Shown here: positions 62,435 through 64,000 of the stretch, piece by piece
How the letters are laid out: each line of letters starts with the position of its first letter
Position numbering within the stretch: position 1 is the first letter of the stretch
Source: Acidimicrobiia bacterium
GTDB lineage: Bacteria > Actinomycetota > Acidimicrobiia > Acidimicrobiales > Aldehydirespiratoraceae
Direction: 5' to 3'
Length of the DNA stretch: 64,000 nt
Assembly: GCA_021296315.1 (NCBI GenBank)
Contig: JAGWAO010000007.1
Location: 13,737 to 77,736, forward strand
Made by a program: the position numbers and the translations under genes
Notes under the pieces: model-generated
What the model was told of the DNA's origin: nothing
What the model saw: the letters and a program-made list of their open reading frames with translations, nothing else
Database searches by the model: none

Positions 62435-64000
62435 ATGACTGCCGGCCAGGCCTGTGGATCGTCGCCGTTCGTGCCGGTGCCGCTCACGCCGGTGTCCTTC
62501 CTCGACCGGGCCCGGCTGGTGCACGGCGATCGGCCCGCGGTGGTGGACGGGCCGCTGCGGCGCAGCTACGAGGATCTTGCCGACCGTTGCGAGCGGCTGG
62601 CCGGAGCCTCTCTCGACCTGGGCCTGGAGCCCGGCGACGCGGTGTCGGTGCTGGCCCCCAACGTGTCGATAGCCCTGGAGGCGACGTTCGGGTTTCCCAT
62701 GGCCGGCGTGGTGTTCAACGCGCTGAACTCCAGGCTGTCAGCACCAGAGCTGGCCTGGATCGTGGGCCACGCCGAGTCCAAGGTGCTCTTCGCCGACCAC
62801 GGCCTGGCCGATGTGGCCCTGCAGATCCAGGAGCAGGTGCCGGGCTTGCGGGTGGTGGTCTCAAGCGACGCCGGCGTCTCGGGCGCGTCCGACTGCGAGT
62901 ACGAGGCGCTGCTGGCCGCGGCCCAGCCCCACCGGGCCGAGTTCGCCGACGAGCACACCGTGCTGAGCCTCAACTACACGTCGGGCACGACCGGCAACCC
63001 CAAGGGCGTCATGTACTCGCACCGGGGCGCCAACCTCAACGCGCTGGCCATGGCTGCCCAGTGCGGCCTCGACAGCGGCGCGGTGTTCCTGTGGACGCTG
63101 CCCATGTTCCACTGCAACGGCTGGTGCTTCCCGTGGGCGGTCACCGCGGTGGGCGGGGTGCACCTGATGCTGAGGACCCCCGACCCCGGCACGGTGTGGC
63201 GCCATATCCGCGACGACGGCGCGACCCACTTCAACGCCGCCCCCACCGTGCTGATCGGCCTGGTCAACCACCCCGATGCAGCGCCGGCGCCCCGGACCGT
63301 GAAGGTGTGCACCGGCGGCGCGCCCCCGTCACCCACCCTGCTGGCCCAGCTGGCCGAGCTCAACATCGGTGTCACCCACCTCTACGGCCTGACCGAGACC
63401 TACGGCCCGTCGCTGATCTGCGACTGGCGCAGCGAATGGGACGGCCTGCCCGCCGCTGAGCAGGCCCGGATCAAGGCCCGCCAGGGGGTGGGCACGCTGG
63501 TGACCTCCTCGGTGCGGGTGGTCGACGCCGACGGCGCGGACGTGCCCGCCGACGGCACCGCGCAGGGGGAGATCGCCATCCGGGGCAACAACGTGATGCT
63601 CGGCTACTACAAGGACCCCGAGGCCACCGCGGCGGCGTCGGTGCACGGGCCCGGCGGCACCTGGTTCCGGACCGGGGACGTGGCCGTGATGCACGACCAC
63701 GGCTACGTCGAGGTGCGGGACCGGGCCAAGGACGTGATCATCTCCGGCGGCGAGAACATCGCCTCCATCGAGGTCGAGCAGGCCCTGGCGTCGCACCCCG
63801 ACGTGGTGGAGTGCGCGGTGGTGGCCGCCCCCGACGACACCTGGGGCGAGGTCCCCGCCGCGTTCGTGGTGCTCCGGGCAGGCGCGGCCACCACCGAGGC
63901 CGAACTCGTCGAACACGTCAAGTCCCGCATCGCCCGCTTCAAGGCACCGAAGTCGGTGACCTTCGGCGACCTGCCCAAGACGGCCACCGGCAAGATCCAG
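62435..64000 (+). CDS. AMP-dependent acyl-CoA synthetase/ligase (medium-chain type), 3' end outside window
   Basis: This ORF is not in the track because it has no stop codon before the window edge. My own translation from ATG 62435 gives YTSGTTGNPKG, HLYGLTETYG, FRTGDVAV and ends TATGKIQ at the edge. Confidence 0.85.
   Translation, partial: MTAGQACGSSPFVPVPLTPVSFLDRARLVHGDRPAVVDGPLRRSYEDLADRCERLAGASLDLGLEPGDAVSVLAPNVSIALEATFGFPMAGVVFNALNSRLSAPELAWIVGHAESKVLFADHGLADVALQIQEQVPGLRVVVSSDAGVSGASDCEYEALLAAAQPHRAEFADEHTVLSLNYTSGTTGNPKGVMYSHRGANLNALAMAAQCGLDSGAVFLWTLPMFHCNGWCFPWAVTAVGGVHLMLRTPDPGTVWRHIRDDGATHFNAAPTVLIGLVNHPDAAPAPRTVKVCTGGAPPSPTLLAQLAELNIGVTHLYGLTETYGPSLICDWRSEWDGLPAAEQARIKARQGVGTLVTSSVRVVDADGADVPADGTAQGEIAIRGNNVMLGYYKDPEATAAASVHGPGGTWFRTGDVAVMHDHGYVEVRDRAKDVIISGGENIASIEVEQALASHPDVVECAVVAAPDDTWGEVPAAFVVLRAGAATTEAELVEHVKSRIARFKAPKSVTFGDLPKTATGKIQ

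Overview
This is a high-GC, densely coding chromosomal segment of actinobacterial type; the Lhr, HelD, F420/LLM and HemY content suggests Actinomycetota, but the taxon is an inference. I support about 58 protein-coding genes. By eye I found no rRNA, tRNA, CRISPR array, integrase or transposase. Gene order: a partial FtsX permease and a DegT-type aminotransferase (1-2.1 kb); a small A/T-richer islet with VapBC and a long Fic protein (2.2-4.5 kb); the Lhr helicase (4.5-9.3 kb); an LLM oxidoreductase and a DtxR-family regulator. A NitT/TauT-type ABC importer fused to an oxygenase set follows (11.2-17.5 kb), then a second catabolic block with an HTH-cupin regulator (17.8-25.5 kb). Next are an orphan ABC ATPase, HelD, a patatin-like protein, hemE-hemY, a class III cyclase, and lnt-GT4-methyltransferase-prenyltransferase-like genes. 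These are followed by an aldehyde dehydrogenase, a 976-aa polytopic membrane protein, and SDR and VOC genes. An A/T-richer accessory island lies at 44.6-52.1 kb. The window ends with a serine hydrolase, a cytosine-deaminase-like gene, a DUF4153-like membrane protein, glcDEF, a P450 and two acyl-CoA ligases. The most interesting signals: (1) The accessory island has two toxin-antitoxin pairs, a tightly coupled five-gene minus-strand operon (retropepsin-like protease, internally duplicated orphan, coiled-coil membrane protein, RHH antitoxin, MazF) and a divergent 1186-aa orphan protein. It is a candidate uncharacterised conflict or defence locus. (2) An unrecognised interspersed repeat family of about 100 bp has four co-oriented copies. 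Three abut stop codons of minus-strand genes and one is inserted in frame inside lhr. (3) An identical TTTGAT-N3-ATCAAA palindrome sits at two promoters 9 kb apart and links the two catabolic blocks into one putative regulon. (4) A tandem pair of 72-bp A/T-armed hairpin units fills a convergent intergenic region. (5) The Lnt homolog has Ser in place of the catalytic Cys. (6) Several coding-like regions are broken by single-nucleotide frame changes between 47.9 and 54.2 kb. All functional calls come from motif recognition in the translated ORFs; no database search was run.
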